From: Callorhinchus milii
Lineage: Eukaryota
Direction: 5' to 3'
DNA: 64,000 bases
Assembly: GCF_018977255.1 (NCBI RefSeq)
Contig: NW_024704743.1
Coordinates: 47,742,001 to 47,806,000 of the forward strand
In this document: one piece after another, positions 51,590 to 64,000 of the stretch
Position numbering within the stretch: position 1 is the first letter of the stretch
Layout of the letters: the number at the start of each line of letters is the position of its first letter
Program-made: the position numbers and the translations under genes
The notes under the pieces: generated by a model
Seen by the model: the letters and a program-made list of their open reading frames with translations, nothing else
Told to the model about the DNA's origin: nothing
The model's database searches: none

Positions 51590-52430
51590 CTATTTGCCAA
51601 GGTCCCCCGCATGAGAAACTGGATTAAGCAGCTGGTGCTGAGTAAGTCTGACACACACATTGGGCTTGGACCCCGAGAACATCAATGTGGCTGGCACAAG
51701 CTGTTCTGTAAAGATACTCCCACCATGTTGAAGACAGATGTATGCCAGATAGCTGATGAGGAAACTCTGAGGCCTGGGGCAACAGCAGCTGGAATGTGTT
51801 CGTGAACACACATTCGTACATCCAGCACCTGGAATCTCCCTTGATTGCCTGGCAGAGCGGGAAGCTGCAACTTAAACTCCACACCTCCAAATGGTGGAAC
51901 CATCACTCAATGGAAAGGGTGGTATGTCCAAGCTGCGGACAGGAAGATGGTGGCAATGCTCTCACACATTTCATGATGAACTGTGTATCCCACCAAGAAG
52001 CTTGCAGGAAGTTCCTGGTACCTACCATCCACCTAGTGAGGCTCAAACTCACACTTGTCAGATGTCAAACAACCAACTAGTGACTATCCTCCTTGGAGGG
52101 AAGCAAGCGCGGTCTCCTTGGAGCTGAAATGACTCCAAGGTGACATGTTTGGCAACATGGTTGCTGGTCCTAGCTGGACAAGCAGCGGGAAAGCTTACCA
52201 GACTATGCTATCATTATGCGGTCAGATTGCAACAGTACCCCAATGCACACTCTGGGGTCCCCAAGCCTTGGCTCCTGTCAACCTGCACCTAATAGGTAAA
52301 TAGGAGAGTGTACATTCCATTCCAACAATTTATCTCTGGAATTTCCATGTGTAGGTGGGATGCACAGAATTCTCAGTTTGGTTTGGATACTCTTAAACTT
52401 GGGATGGGTTTGCACATGTGTCAGCTGACC
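51590..52430 (+). mobile_element. Degraded non-LTR retrotransposon 3' end (RTE-X-like) with CCHC knuckle and 3' UTR
   Basis: ORF 51796..52080 has ERVVCPSCGQEDGGNALTHFMMNC (Cx2C...Hx4C); downstream UTR motif CAGTACCCCAATGCACACTCTGGGGTCCCCAAGCCTTGG recurs elsewhere in the window. Clade assignment is inference. Confidence 0.6.
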
Positions 52431-53184
52431 AAAACAAAAATATATTAATCAATAAAAAACAAAATTATTTGAAACAAAATAATCCATGCACTTGTATATC
52501 AACATTTTATCATTTATATAATTAATATAATTTAATATTACAAGTATACATTCAAACATTATGTCCAGGTAAAGCAAATGGAAAGTTATATTAATTCACC
52601 CTGGCCTACATTTTCACCATTTATTGTATTCATAATTTTAAATTACATTTTTAATGTAATTTAATCGAATTGACTCATACAGGTATATTACAATCAACAT
52701 AGGTTCCCTTTGCTGCACATCTGGGATAAACCCTCCCTCATTTTTGTTTGCTTTATATATGTACATTCACTTTTCACATTCTCTACCAATGCATATCATT
52801 GTTCAGTACACTTGTTCTTATTTCTGTATAATAATCCTTGCATTGCATGTCTTCGAGACATCTCAAAGCGCTTCACAGATATTCCGTAAAGTGGATTGAC
52901 TTAATTTTTTGTGAGCAAAATATCCTGCATTACTAACCTCCTCCACTGTTGTGGATATGTCCCATTACCCACTTAATTAGTTTCTACCTTTTGAAAGGGC
53001 ACACCTGAAGTTCATTATTTTTTTAAAAAATCTACCTGCTTCTAATCATGGATCATACACCATTCCAAATCTTAAAAGATTCCTGGAGGCAATGTTTTGC
53101 TGCCTGAGATTGTCTGTAAATTCACATGTTAGTCAAATCACAATTCCAATCATCTAGGTTAGAGATTTTCTGTTTTTTCTCGTT

Positions 53185-53480
53185 TATTATTATTACACAT
53201 CTTTTCACATCTTCTAGATATCTCAAAGTGCTTCACAGAATATACTGTAAAGTGAATTGACTGTATATTTGTGGGCGAAAGCGGCAGCCAATTGCGCACA
53301 GCAGTGACGCACGAATAGTCGTGGATTGACGTAACCAATTTATTATTGTTTTTTTCTTGAGGGATTATTATCAGGCGTGTGGAGTAAGGAAACTTGCACA
53401 AGGTTTTGCCCTGCCGGGAATCAAACTCAGGTCTCTCGCTTGCGAGGCGAGAGCCCTAACCACTGAGCTACAGGACTCCA
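53185..53480 (-). mobile_element. Same tRNA-derived SINE family, near full length
   Basis: Reverse-complement match to 14590-14911. Further full or partial copies at about 4150-4325(+), 9595-9850(+), 11425-11540(-), 26355-26555(-), 28588-28800(+), 30640-30800(-), 33290-33425(+), 35025-35205(+), 46365-46490(-), 47175-47280(-), 52830-52915(-), 57435-57520(+), 59020-59135(+). Confidence 0.9.
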
Positions 53481-54794
53481 TTAAAGGTCATAGCTTGATA
53501 CTAACACAGAGAAGTATTTTTCCAGAGGGCATAGCTTAATGAATAAAGTTAACCTGCTTGTGAGAGAAGTTTTATAGTCTGCTCATGCATTTCACAGTCT
53601 TCAATGACAAAAGTACTATGTGGAGATATTCCCAAAGTAAAAGGTCACATAACCAAATGCTCTCTCTAAACTTAGCTGGTGGTTCCATGCTTCCTATTTT
53701 ATTTGCCTGAGTTTTAGGTTTGTACTTCTATTTCTACACTTTCATGTTTTATTGCACCTTCTGGTGACTTAGAACTCTGCTAAATAAAATCTAGACAGAG
53801 GCTAAAGGGCAAATCCTTTATGCTAATCTACAGCATCAAACTGGACATTTCTAGGAAAAGTTAATCACATCCTACAACTTCTGCACACGAGTTGAAAGTG
53901 TAGAGTCAAACTCAAATGCCCACTGCACTGCCAATGATACTGTGAACCTTTTTTCTATCATTAGCAGTTGAGAGACTATGCAACATTGAGCACAACATCA
54001 TAAATTCAACGGTGCTACAAGAAGGTTGTTGAATAGTAGCTGCCTGTTCACATTATTGTTAAAAAATGTTACAGGACTGTATTTCTTATGCACTGTATCA
54101 AGACATCAACTGTCTCCTGCAAGAAATTATAATCTTCCAATTTAAATAATTCTACCTTTCTAATATTATAAATATCTAAGAAAAACTGCTCTTTTTAGTC
54201 AAATTTTTTCCAATTCTTTCATTTTTACCTCCAGATATGGGATTCTGCTCACTTCTGTTTACCAGTGGCAGAGATGTATGCCCTACTATATCCTGTGTAC
54301 ATGATGGGGGATCGTTTCACTGTCTTTTAAGATCTATGGAACACTATATTTCTCAGATCATGAGCTTTATACTGTTACTCCTCAATGATTGCTCTTGCCA
54401 TTATTGAGGAAAACTTCAAAGTATAAAGGAAATGCAAACCTCAAAAGACTTAGTTATAAAGAAAAAAAATCAATAAATTATCAAGATTAAAGTTTTAAAA
54501 CATACCCCTCCAACTGGAATAGCTCTAAGGAGGACGGCAGAAGTGTTTCAGTGCTAAATTCAAGGCAAATAGCTCCCCAATGGCCTGTGGGTAAAGCCAT
54601 TGCTTTGTGATATTGCAGCACTAAGCCACATAATCCATTAGGTTACAGGATCAATTCTTGGTCTGTGCCAAGTTAGTTGATCTTAAATGGGACAACAGTT
54701 AGGCCACTACATTTGGACTGCGTACTGCTGGGCTGAGAGAAATTTTACTTTGTGTAAAATTTATAGAATATAATTTATTTGTTATAACAGCATT

Positions 54795-55070
54795 GTTGGC
54801 ACAGTGGTAGCACTCTCACCTCTGAATCAGAAGGTTGTGGGTTCAAGCCCCATGTTGGGACTTGAATTCACATAGTCTAAGCTGAGACTCCAGTGCAGTT
54901 CTGGGGGAAGATTGCAATGTCGGAGGTGCCATCCTTCAGATGAGACGTTAAACCGAGGTCTGCTCTGCCTGTTCAGGTGGACATTAAAGATCCCATGGCA
55001 CTATTCAAAAGGAGAAGGGAGTTTTTCCTGGTGTCCTGGCCAACAAATCCCCTAAATAAAATTGGTTACC
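54795..55070 (+). mobile_element. DeuSINE (SacSINE1-like) copy
   Basis: tRNA-like head ...CTGAATCAGAAGGTTGTGGGTTCAAGCCC and Deu-domain core GATGAGACGTTAAACCGAGGTC...TAAAGATCCCATGGCACTATT; family recognised from memory. Confidence 0.85.
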
Positions 55071-58000
55071 TCTCAACAACACCTGTCAAATTCCCTCCCG
55101 AGCTCAGTGACCTTTTACCCAACTCCACTGCTTCATTAACAAGGGCCGCTGTGGTCCCCCCCAATCCCTCCACACCACCATCGATGGCCGAGCCATCAGC
55201 TGCTAATGCCCCTAACCTTTGGAATTCTCTCCCTCTTTAAATCCGGCCTAAACAACTAAATCCCCATTCGTTCTGCCTCTACAGCTTTTTGGGAAACGCA
55301 TTCCACATCTTCAAAATCCTGTGTGTAAAGAAATGCTTCCTAAACTAAGTTCTAACTGTCTTAGTTTTGATTCAAAGTTGTTCACCATGTGACTCATGTT
55401 TTTACTGTGTGTTAGCTTCCTATATAAGGAGTGGAAGCCCTCATGTTAATCATTCCATTTTTTATATGCTTTCAGACAACACGTGTTTGGTTTAGCATTG
55501 TGTGTCGGTCAGCTCAATTGGTAGCACTCACCTCTGAGTAAGAGTTGTGGACTTTGAACTCATAGTCTTGGCTAACACTCCTGATACAATGCTAGGAGTT
55601 TGCTGCATCATTGCACGTGCCATGCTCTGGATGAAATGCTAAACCGAGGTCATGTCTGGCTCTTCAGGCTGACATTACAAATTCCAAAGCATTGCTCAAA
55701 AGAAGAAGAGTTTCTCCTGGTGTCCTGGCCAATCATCTTCCAGGTAAAATAGTGCGTTCATTTAATTGCTGTTCATGGGATATTGCTATGTGCATAATTG
55801 GCCATAGCTTTCACTTACGAAAGTAGTCACCACACTTTACCGACTATATCCTGTGAAGTCCTTTGAGGGATCCTTCCAATGCCCATTTATAATGGATCCT
55901 TCCAGCAGAGGGAAGAATCATCTACTATCTAACCTGTCAATTGCTTTCATTATTTAAAATATCTCAATCGAATCACCCCTCAACCTAGTTTGCTGTGTAA
56001 AATAACCTCAATATACCCAGCCTCTCATCGTAGCTATAACCAGGTATTAATTCAGTGAACTATTGCAGGACACCCTCCAGGGCAAGTATATCCTTCCTAA
56101 GATTGGGCAAGCAAAATCAAACTACTTAAACCAATTACTTCTGCCAGGCTTTTTGACACTTGCTTGTGGTGTGTCTGCTAAACCCACCGTTTCAAATGAA
56201 TCTCATTCAATGGCAATGCCACTTTTCAGCAATGGAGAAAATGCAGCATAAATCAAGCGCAAACCAACAACTATTTAAACACCTAAAGATTAAATATATT
56301 TGATGAGCCTTTCATTTAATCAATCCCTTGCTTCAGTAGTTAATGACACACTTTAAATACTAGGCACATTTTAGTGTTTGAGCGTACTTAGCAAATACCT
56401 AGTATAAAAACACAATGCTTTTTTGTGCACCAGTAGGGAAGCTAGATTTTAATGCAACTTTTTGAATGCATATATTTGTTGTATTTAACCTTCATGCATA
56501 CAAATGCAGGGGCAGTTTCCTGTGATTACAATATTCCAATATTGTGTTTCTTTACATTTGTAAAATGTTCCATTATAGTTTTCTTGCACCATATGGTCTA
56601 GTCCTTCGAATTATACTTCAAAATAGTTTTGTCCAATTGTTGCATCACTGACTGCATGGCAATTTCAATCCTTACTTTCATTTTTGGACTTCAGAGCTTT
56701 CTGTCCTAGAATTTAATTTGCTCTTTTTAATCTTTTTGGTGCTTATTTTTAATTTAAATTACAAACTCTCATTTTTTCCTTCTCGATTTGTCAAAATGAC
56801 ACCAAAATATCTTTGGGGTTTAACGCTCATGTTTGCTTATGCAGATTCGCTAAATAGAGAATCCTGTCAATAACCATAAATGCAACAGTGGATTTGTGTA
56901 AGCCTCTACAGGTTTGTCAAGACAGAGCGAGGTGCCAACAAGTAGTCATGAAACACAATTCCAATAACTGTCAGCATTTCCTATCACGCAAGCCACAAAT
57001 TAGCGATGATTGTCTCTTTTTCATACAGTACCTCAGTTATACAACTGAGGGAAGCGGTGGGAAAGCAATTTACTTGTATATAGACCACTTTAGCAAAATG
57101 TTAGTTCCGAATTAACTTCTGGTCCATGAATCCACATGACACCATCAAGTTGGAATAAACAAATGTGTTCCACTCCTAGTGATATCATTGAATAACCCTC
57201 TCCCCTACATGATAATGTCTCATGTTTGGTTGCTTCTTGGGTATGAAGGGATCCAGACCTCAAGTAAATAAAGGTAACAGAGGCCAGAAACAGTGCTTTG
57301 TCTTCATTCTTGTCCATTCTAGTTCAATCTTCAATTTCCACAGCATTTACTTTATTTTAGTGGAGAGGGAAGTCAAATGGAAGCTTTATTACAGTAGACA
57401 GGGAAGTTAAATAGAGCCTTATCCTGGCATAAATCCACTTTGCAATATATTCTGTGAAGCGCTTTGAGATGTCTCAACAATGTGATAAGGCGCTATATCA
57501 AATGCAAGGATTGTTATAAATTTATGAATGTATACAATTGTTTGGTAGTTTTTGTTTATGTCCAGTGTAGCAGAGTTTGTACGTTTGTAATATTATGTTA
57601 CTGTATTTCTTTACACTTGTAAAATAAACTAAAATGTTCAATTGTATTCTTTCATTTTATGTACAACTCTTTTGAATTTTTTAAAAATAATTTAGTTCAA
57701 TTGCTCCATCCTCAATGACTGCTCAGCAAATGGAAGCATGATGTAATGTCCCATATGGATTTTTTTTCCAACACTTCTGCCTCTTTACTTCCATCATCTG
57801 ACAATTAATCAGAAAATACTGTTTTTGGACAACAATTATAGCAACAAGGTTTTGGAATTGGCCTTGAGCTAGGTGGAAGTAGCAAAAATAATCAGATAGG
57901 AATTGTGCTTGTGATAGCTGCCTGGTGACCCTCTCTCTCCCCCCATCCCCCAACATTAAAAAATGGACAAAGTGTTAAGTGAGAGCAGAATTTGACTTGC

Positions 58001-59724
58001 CATGACTGAATAACCTGCCAGTACTTTTTCAAGACTCACAAATCACAAAGGTGACCTGGTACAGTACTTAAATGCTTCTAGCAAACATGGAAATGCACCC
58101 AGCATGAGCCACTGCCTTTAGCAAAACATTTGGAGAAATGTTTTTAAATACAAGATAAGCGATACAATTTCCAGTTTCATTAAATTAACAAAAGAATTGA
58201 GAAATAAAATTTCTTTATTTACAAATCAAGGAAATTCAGCTCTATTCTGTGCATTATAAACATTTTTCCTCCAACTCCACAGAGTTCAGATATGTTAAAA
58301 TTAGTTTATTACAACTAAAAGCCAATATACTTTAAACTACCATGAATACGTTTATAAACTTGAGAGACGTGTCTTGGGTGGGGGAAGAAAAAAAATAGAA
58401 ATCTAAATGGAAATTCTGCTACTATATAACTACAGCACAACATAGTACATGAGATATGAACTTTTAAAGTATTAATCCTTGAACTATTAGAAATAAATAT
58501 GGCATTCGCAGATTTTTTAACATAATACTCATCATACTGAAAGCATTATTTGTCTGCTATACAAGGAACAATATTGAATGCACTAATTCCTTACAGCCAA
58601 TGTAATCTTGATGATCACAAGATGGCGCTATAGCCTTCTCAGCATACATTTTAACATCTGGCATTCACAAGCAAAACAATTTGAAGTAACACCATTATGT
58701 CTTGTAGCTTTTTTCTACTTACATAGCAATAAATCATCATTGTACACACATACTGGTATAAAACATTGCTAAGAAATTTCCATTTCTACCAGCCAAATTA
58801 ACCAATAGCTCTGGTACTGGCTAAATAGAGGTGAGATGTCTGAAATATTCTTTTAAACCTTCCTGAGAGTACTTTTTCCAGAATTGACCAGCATTGAGTT
58901 TGACTTTCTTGGCTGCTAAACCACTATCCACAGCAGATTCCACTGGCCAAATTTCAATGTGGATAAGTGAACAGCACTATTACATGCAAGGATTATAATT
59001 TATCACCATCCTTCTTATATATTTTCGCCCACAAATATACAGTTAATTCACTTTCCAGTATATTCTTTGAAGTGCTTTGAGATGTCTGGAAGACATAAAA
59101 AGCACTGTATCAAATGCAAGGATTATTTATTATTATAATATAGCTAATGCCGATGCACACATGAAATAAATGTAAATGTTCAAATTCACAATTGGTAAAT
59201 CTAATAAATAAATTGACAGTTTTTGAGGAACAGTTCAACTTTGTTAAAGGAATGCTTAATAAAGTTTAAGAATTAAAAAAATTGATCTGATCTTTCCTTT
59301 ACATTACTATTACTGTGCCACCATTTTAGAAATGTTTTCAATCAACTTGGTATTGCTGATTCAGTTCCACCACAGCAACCTATACATTTGATTAAAAGAC
59401 AGCATTTACAAAGTTGCTGAATAAACATATCTACGGGAAAATTCCAAAAGTCAGAATTACAGTAACATCTTCAGCTCCAAGGAGACCACCGCAATGCTTA
59501 AATTCCAGCAGTACCTCAATGCACACTCTGGCTCTCATCAACCTGCGCCTAATAGTTTCCGGAATAATGTAAGCAGGGTGTGTCCTGCATAGAGAGTGTG
59601 TATTCCATTCCAGACTCATGGAAATTTCCATGGGTACATATGTGGAACTCTTAAGCATGGCAACGGGTTTCCACATGTCACACCCGGCTGATCAAAAACT
59701 TGCTACTTCCAGATCAGTTGTATC

Positions 59725-60150
59725 AGCCTGGCTTAGTGATGACAATCTTGCTTCTGAGTCAGAAAGTTGTGGGTTCCAGCCCCACCTTGAAATTTGGGAT
59801 CACACTGTCTAAGCTGACACTCTAATATAGTACTGGGGATGTGCTACACTGTCGGATTTGCTGTCCTCCAGATGAAACATTAAACCAAGGTCCTGTTTGT
59901 TCAGGTAGATGTTAAAGATCGCATGGCACTATTCGAAGATAAAGATGTTTCTCCCAGTGTCCTGGCCAACAAACCCACCAAATAAAATTGGTCACTCAAC
60001 TCCAGGGCTGTTTGTGGGACACTGTTGTGCGCCAATTGGCTGCCACATTCACTCACAAAATACACATTCCCTTTAACGTATATCTTGTAAAGCACTTTGA
60101 GACATCTCAAAAACATGATAATGCACTATATCAAAGGCAAGCATTATATC
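59725..60150 (+). mobile_element. DeuSINE (SacSINE1-like), near full length
   Basis: Same head and core plus L2-type tail. Other copies at about 3325-3740(+), 4330-4550(-), 11590-11870(+), 13580-13800(+), 13805-14011(+), 55505-55870(+). Confidence 0.85.
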
Positions 60151-63100
60151 ATTATAAAGCACTTTGAGATTCTATCCTGAGTTAAAGGCACATGGCAAGT
60201 TCAGTTTGTTATAAAATAAATCATGTCATGTAACTGCAAATAAAACTATGTTGCATTTATTAATTAAAATTTTAATTCAATATTATTCGGTTTGATCAGA
60301 GTGATTGTCACATACACCCTGATTATCATAGGGAATGCATTAAAAAATCCCACTGTAATTTGAGGGTGTCTGCAACATTCCTTTCACAATGGCACATGTT
60401 AGATTTATTTTCAAAAAAAAATCTTGGCACACAGATTCTCATTTCCTTTCCACCCCCATATCTCCTGCAAGGACTCTTGGCACCTACCAATCCCTTCTTT
60501 CCTGCTGACTTCTATGGTAACCAGCTGGGACTGAGCTTTCTTCTCTTAGTCATCTCTCACAGGTTTTCCTACCAGCCTACTCATGGAATTATTCATTATA
60601 CATATTGAAATTCACCACATTATACTTTTTATGTCCAAGCCTGTAGTGCTACAGAACACAAGACTAAAGATGTATAAAAAATCATTGTTGGCTAATGTGC
60701 CTTACTTAGAACTTCAGCAGCTGTAAAGACTTACTCACTTCTTTCCAACCAACTACCTGAAAAGATCTGGCACATTACAATAGTGGCAACATCTGTTAAC
60801 AGTTATTGGAGATAAAAGGAAAAAACAAGAAAACTGGAAATGTAACATGAAAGGTGAAAATCCTCAGCACACCAAATCAGCATCTAAAAGGGGAGATGCG
60901 AAACATTGGGCAAGTCTACTTACTCAACACACCTCGGTTCACCAAGCGGATTGCTTTTTTCAGGGGGTAACAATCCCTTAAAAAAGAATTGGTCACTCAA
61001 TCCACGACACTTTGTGGGAAACTGTTGTGCACAATTGGCTGCCACGTTTCACACGCAAAATAATAATAATAATCCTTGCATTTGATGTAGCGCTTTTTAC
61101 GTAGCGCTTTTTACGTCTTCTAGACGTCTCAAAGTGCTTCACAGATTAGACTGTAAAGTGAATTGAGCGCATATTTGGGGGCGAAACACGGCAGCCAATT
61201 GCGCACAGCAGTGTCCCACAAACAGTCGTGGATTTTTAATCCTTTCATAATGAATGCGAACGGTATGTTAGCATTCATTATGAAAGGATTAGAGTATGAG
61301 AGTAGGGAAGTCTTGCTGCAACTGTATAGGGCCCTATTGAGACCACACCTGGAATACCAATAAACGTCTCTTCCATCCACCTTCCCATACCTCGCCCATC
61401 CTCTCCCCAAACTCCAACTGTGAGGAGATGCTGGACTTCCTCGAATCTAAAATCGAGGGTATACATTCAGCCACCTCAGCCCTGTCAACAGCCACCCCCA
61501 CATCACCTCACCCTATATACAGTCAACTCACTTTACATTATATTCTGTAAAGCACTTTGAGATGTCTTCAAGACATGATATCAAATGCAAGGATTATTAT
61601 TGTATTACCAATTAAAATCAGAACTGGACATGTCTATTTATAGTAATGATGATGTCGTATGGACTCATGCTAACCAAAAATATACCTGGCTTCCAGCACT
61701 GACCAGTCAGCTTGCTCGCTTAAAAAATGGTGGTCTTCTGGCTTGTCAAATCACCACTAACTTCACTTTCTGCATATTCCCTGAGGAGATGATTTCAGCA
61801 GCTCTGAGTTATTGGTCCCAGAGAACTACCTTATAATGAGGTTCCCTGTACCGTGCCTTTTTGCCAAATATTGGCATCTGTTCCTATGTGATATTAGCAA
61901 TATGGCACCAGGTTTCTGATAATTATTGGTAATTGTTTCAGAAAAACAGTTTATGGGTATGAATGCCCTTTTTGGCAAGTTTCTGAAAAGAAATAAATGA
62001 GGTAGAAATGTGTTCATAAAACACTGCCACATAAAAGTATTCCTGGAGATGATTATGGAAGCTATTCAAAAAAGCAGTTAAAATTTCACAAGAAGTCACA
62101 CCAGACGCAAATACAGAATCACTAAGTTACTTGTATCCAATTTTCAGGATCATGTGCTACCACACAATTTGTATCACCTTGTTGGCACAAATTATCAGTG
62201 CCATTTTTATTCCCAAAAAAGTCTGTTTTGATAAAATCCTGCATAATCGCAAAGGTAAAATGTGCATCGACCTATTTCTACCTTTATCATACCTTGATGC
62301 TATATTTCATACTTTAAAATCCTGCTCCGAAGCAGACAATTGGCAACACCATGTAGGCTTATAGCATGAATAATATAAATAAGAGTGCTGTTCTATCCAT
62401 TCATTGCAATGGAGGCACAATGGGGGGAAGATGGCAGGAGAAATTCTATTCAAAATTTCAACTACATCTGATTAAAGAACACCACCTAGGATTTTATGAC
62501 GATTCAATAGAACAAATTACCTCTTTAAAATATTAACCTCTGCTAGTGCCAAGTTTTTGCACACACTTCCTATGAATTTTGGGCAACACTGTAGTATTAA
62601 TTTGCTGGTGAAAACTATTGGATTCCCAACTGATTAAAACATTTTTCAACTCAACAGATTGGAAAGGCATAATTTATTTTTGTAATTTCCCCAAAATGTC
62701 TCAACAATGCTGTCTTTTGGAAGCACAACATGAAGACCAGATATTTTTTTTGGGTAGAGAGAGGGATAGAATAGCTGTGGGACATGGAACAAATGATACA
62801 AAATAATGACGAAAGCTTCTCTCTACCATTTCACCTCTTTTACAAAATTCAGACTTCCTGAAGAATCAAAAGGATCTTTTGATTGTGGCAAGCATCCTTC
62901 TCAAACATCTTAAAGCAATTTTTTTTTAAATCTCATCATTGTCTCCCAATCATATTCAGAATAGCCTGCAATTACCACATCTGATGGTCAGTTAAAGTTT
63001 TCTTCATGGCAGAAATTGACATGGGTGGACTGAGTTTGGATATGCATCCTCTTGGGTCCTGTACGCATGAAATCGGCAAGCCAGCATGCCTGCACATTCT

Positions 63101-64000
63101 CTGATTAAAGCCTTCCATTAATACATCTACACTGCAGCCACAACATATCCCTCCTCTTTGCTTCATTGCTATGGTCAGGCGATATTCTTCTTCTCCCTGA
63201 CAACACAGCTAGAGGGTGGTTAGAAGGTCCCTCAAATTTCCTAGACCAGGGAGGAAAGTCAGTGAAAAAGGATGTAATGATCAACAGTGCTGATAGCTGT
63301 AGAGGTTAATAAGAACAAGGAGTCATGAAGGCAGACTGAAAGGATATCTATCTGTACTTGTGCTATGATCAGTGATCATGCTCCATTACTGCATGGGTTG
63401 AGATTTTATGGACCACCAACTGCTGCATAACAACTGGGCTCTGCTATATATAGATCCCTTATTTGTTGTCCTTGCTGTCTGTAAAATGGCTGCCATATTT
63501 GCTTAAATAAAACTTACCAGGACCATTTCATCATGCTGCTCATTCTATTTCTTTGATCAAATAGGATTACATTTATCTACCTACAGTTAACTAATTCCAG
63601 GCATATATGGTGAATTTAATCTATGTTTAGGATTTCAAGTAAATGATCTAGTAACTTCCACTATACATCAGATCTCCTTTTAGTTTATCTCTGCAAAATG
63701 GATTTACAATTGAGGTGGTTACTATTTACAGGTATTGTATTTCCCTAAAATAAAAAGGGGATTAGGATATATTTTTGAACTGCAATGATTTTAAAGAAAG
63801 ATATCCTATATATTCTTTAATGAAACAAGATTGTTTGCATGTACGTGTTGAAGAGGAGGAAGTAATGATATTCAGCCACTAAAACTGTACCAAGTTTAAA
63901 TAAACTTGAACAGATTGCCTTTAAATTGCAGCACAGATATCGTTATAAAATTGTTGCAATGTGGATCCTACTCATTTTTCACGTGCACAACCGGTCTGCC

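Noticed and set aside
51750..51790. CTGATGAG-GAAAC, hammerhead ribozyme-like core
   Set aside because: No stem II between CUGAUGA and GAAA, and it lies in decayed LINE coding sequence.
51401..64000. Search for the TAX1BP1 start exon (FAHVIFQNV...DWVGIFK) and promoter
   Set aside because: Not found by eye and no CpG island seen; probably beyond position 64000.

Overview
Vertebrate genomic DNA, not prokaryotic. The repeat content (DeuSINE/SacSINE1-like and tRNA-derived SINEs, CR1, L2, Penelope-type ends) suggests a cartilaginous fish, possibly a chimaera (inference). The window is the interior of the selective-autophagy receptor gene TAX1BP1 on the minus strand. I read 14 GT-AG coding exons by hand between 51400 and 8281. 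They splice in frame to 2070 nt / 690 codons, covering the distal SKICH domain, the LVV LIR, the coiled coil and the pre-zinc-finger region. Several exon lengths (103, 188, 159, 149, 91, 186, 152 nt) match my recollection of human exons 3-8 and 15. I did not find the start-codon exon or the canonical UBZ zinc-finger exons, which are probably outside the window. The introns hold a young 5'-truncated CR1 LINE, many L2 3' fragments, two main SINE families, an old RTE-X-like LINE family, a hAT-Charlie-type MITE and a Tc1/pogo-type MITE. I see no convincing new multi-gene system. The best leads are a candidate zinc-finger-less alternative terminal exon, candidate microexons, a duplicated galectin-8-binding-like motif and several unusual retrotransposition products. 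Repeat boundaries are approximate.
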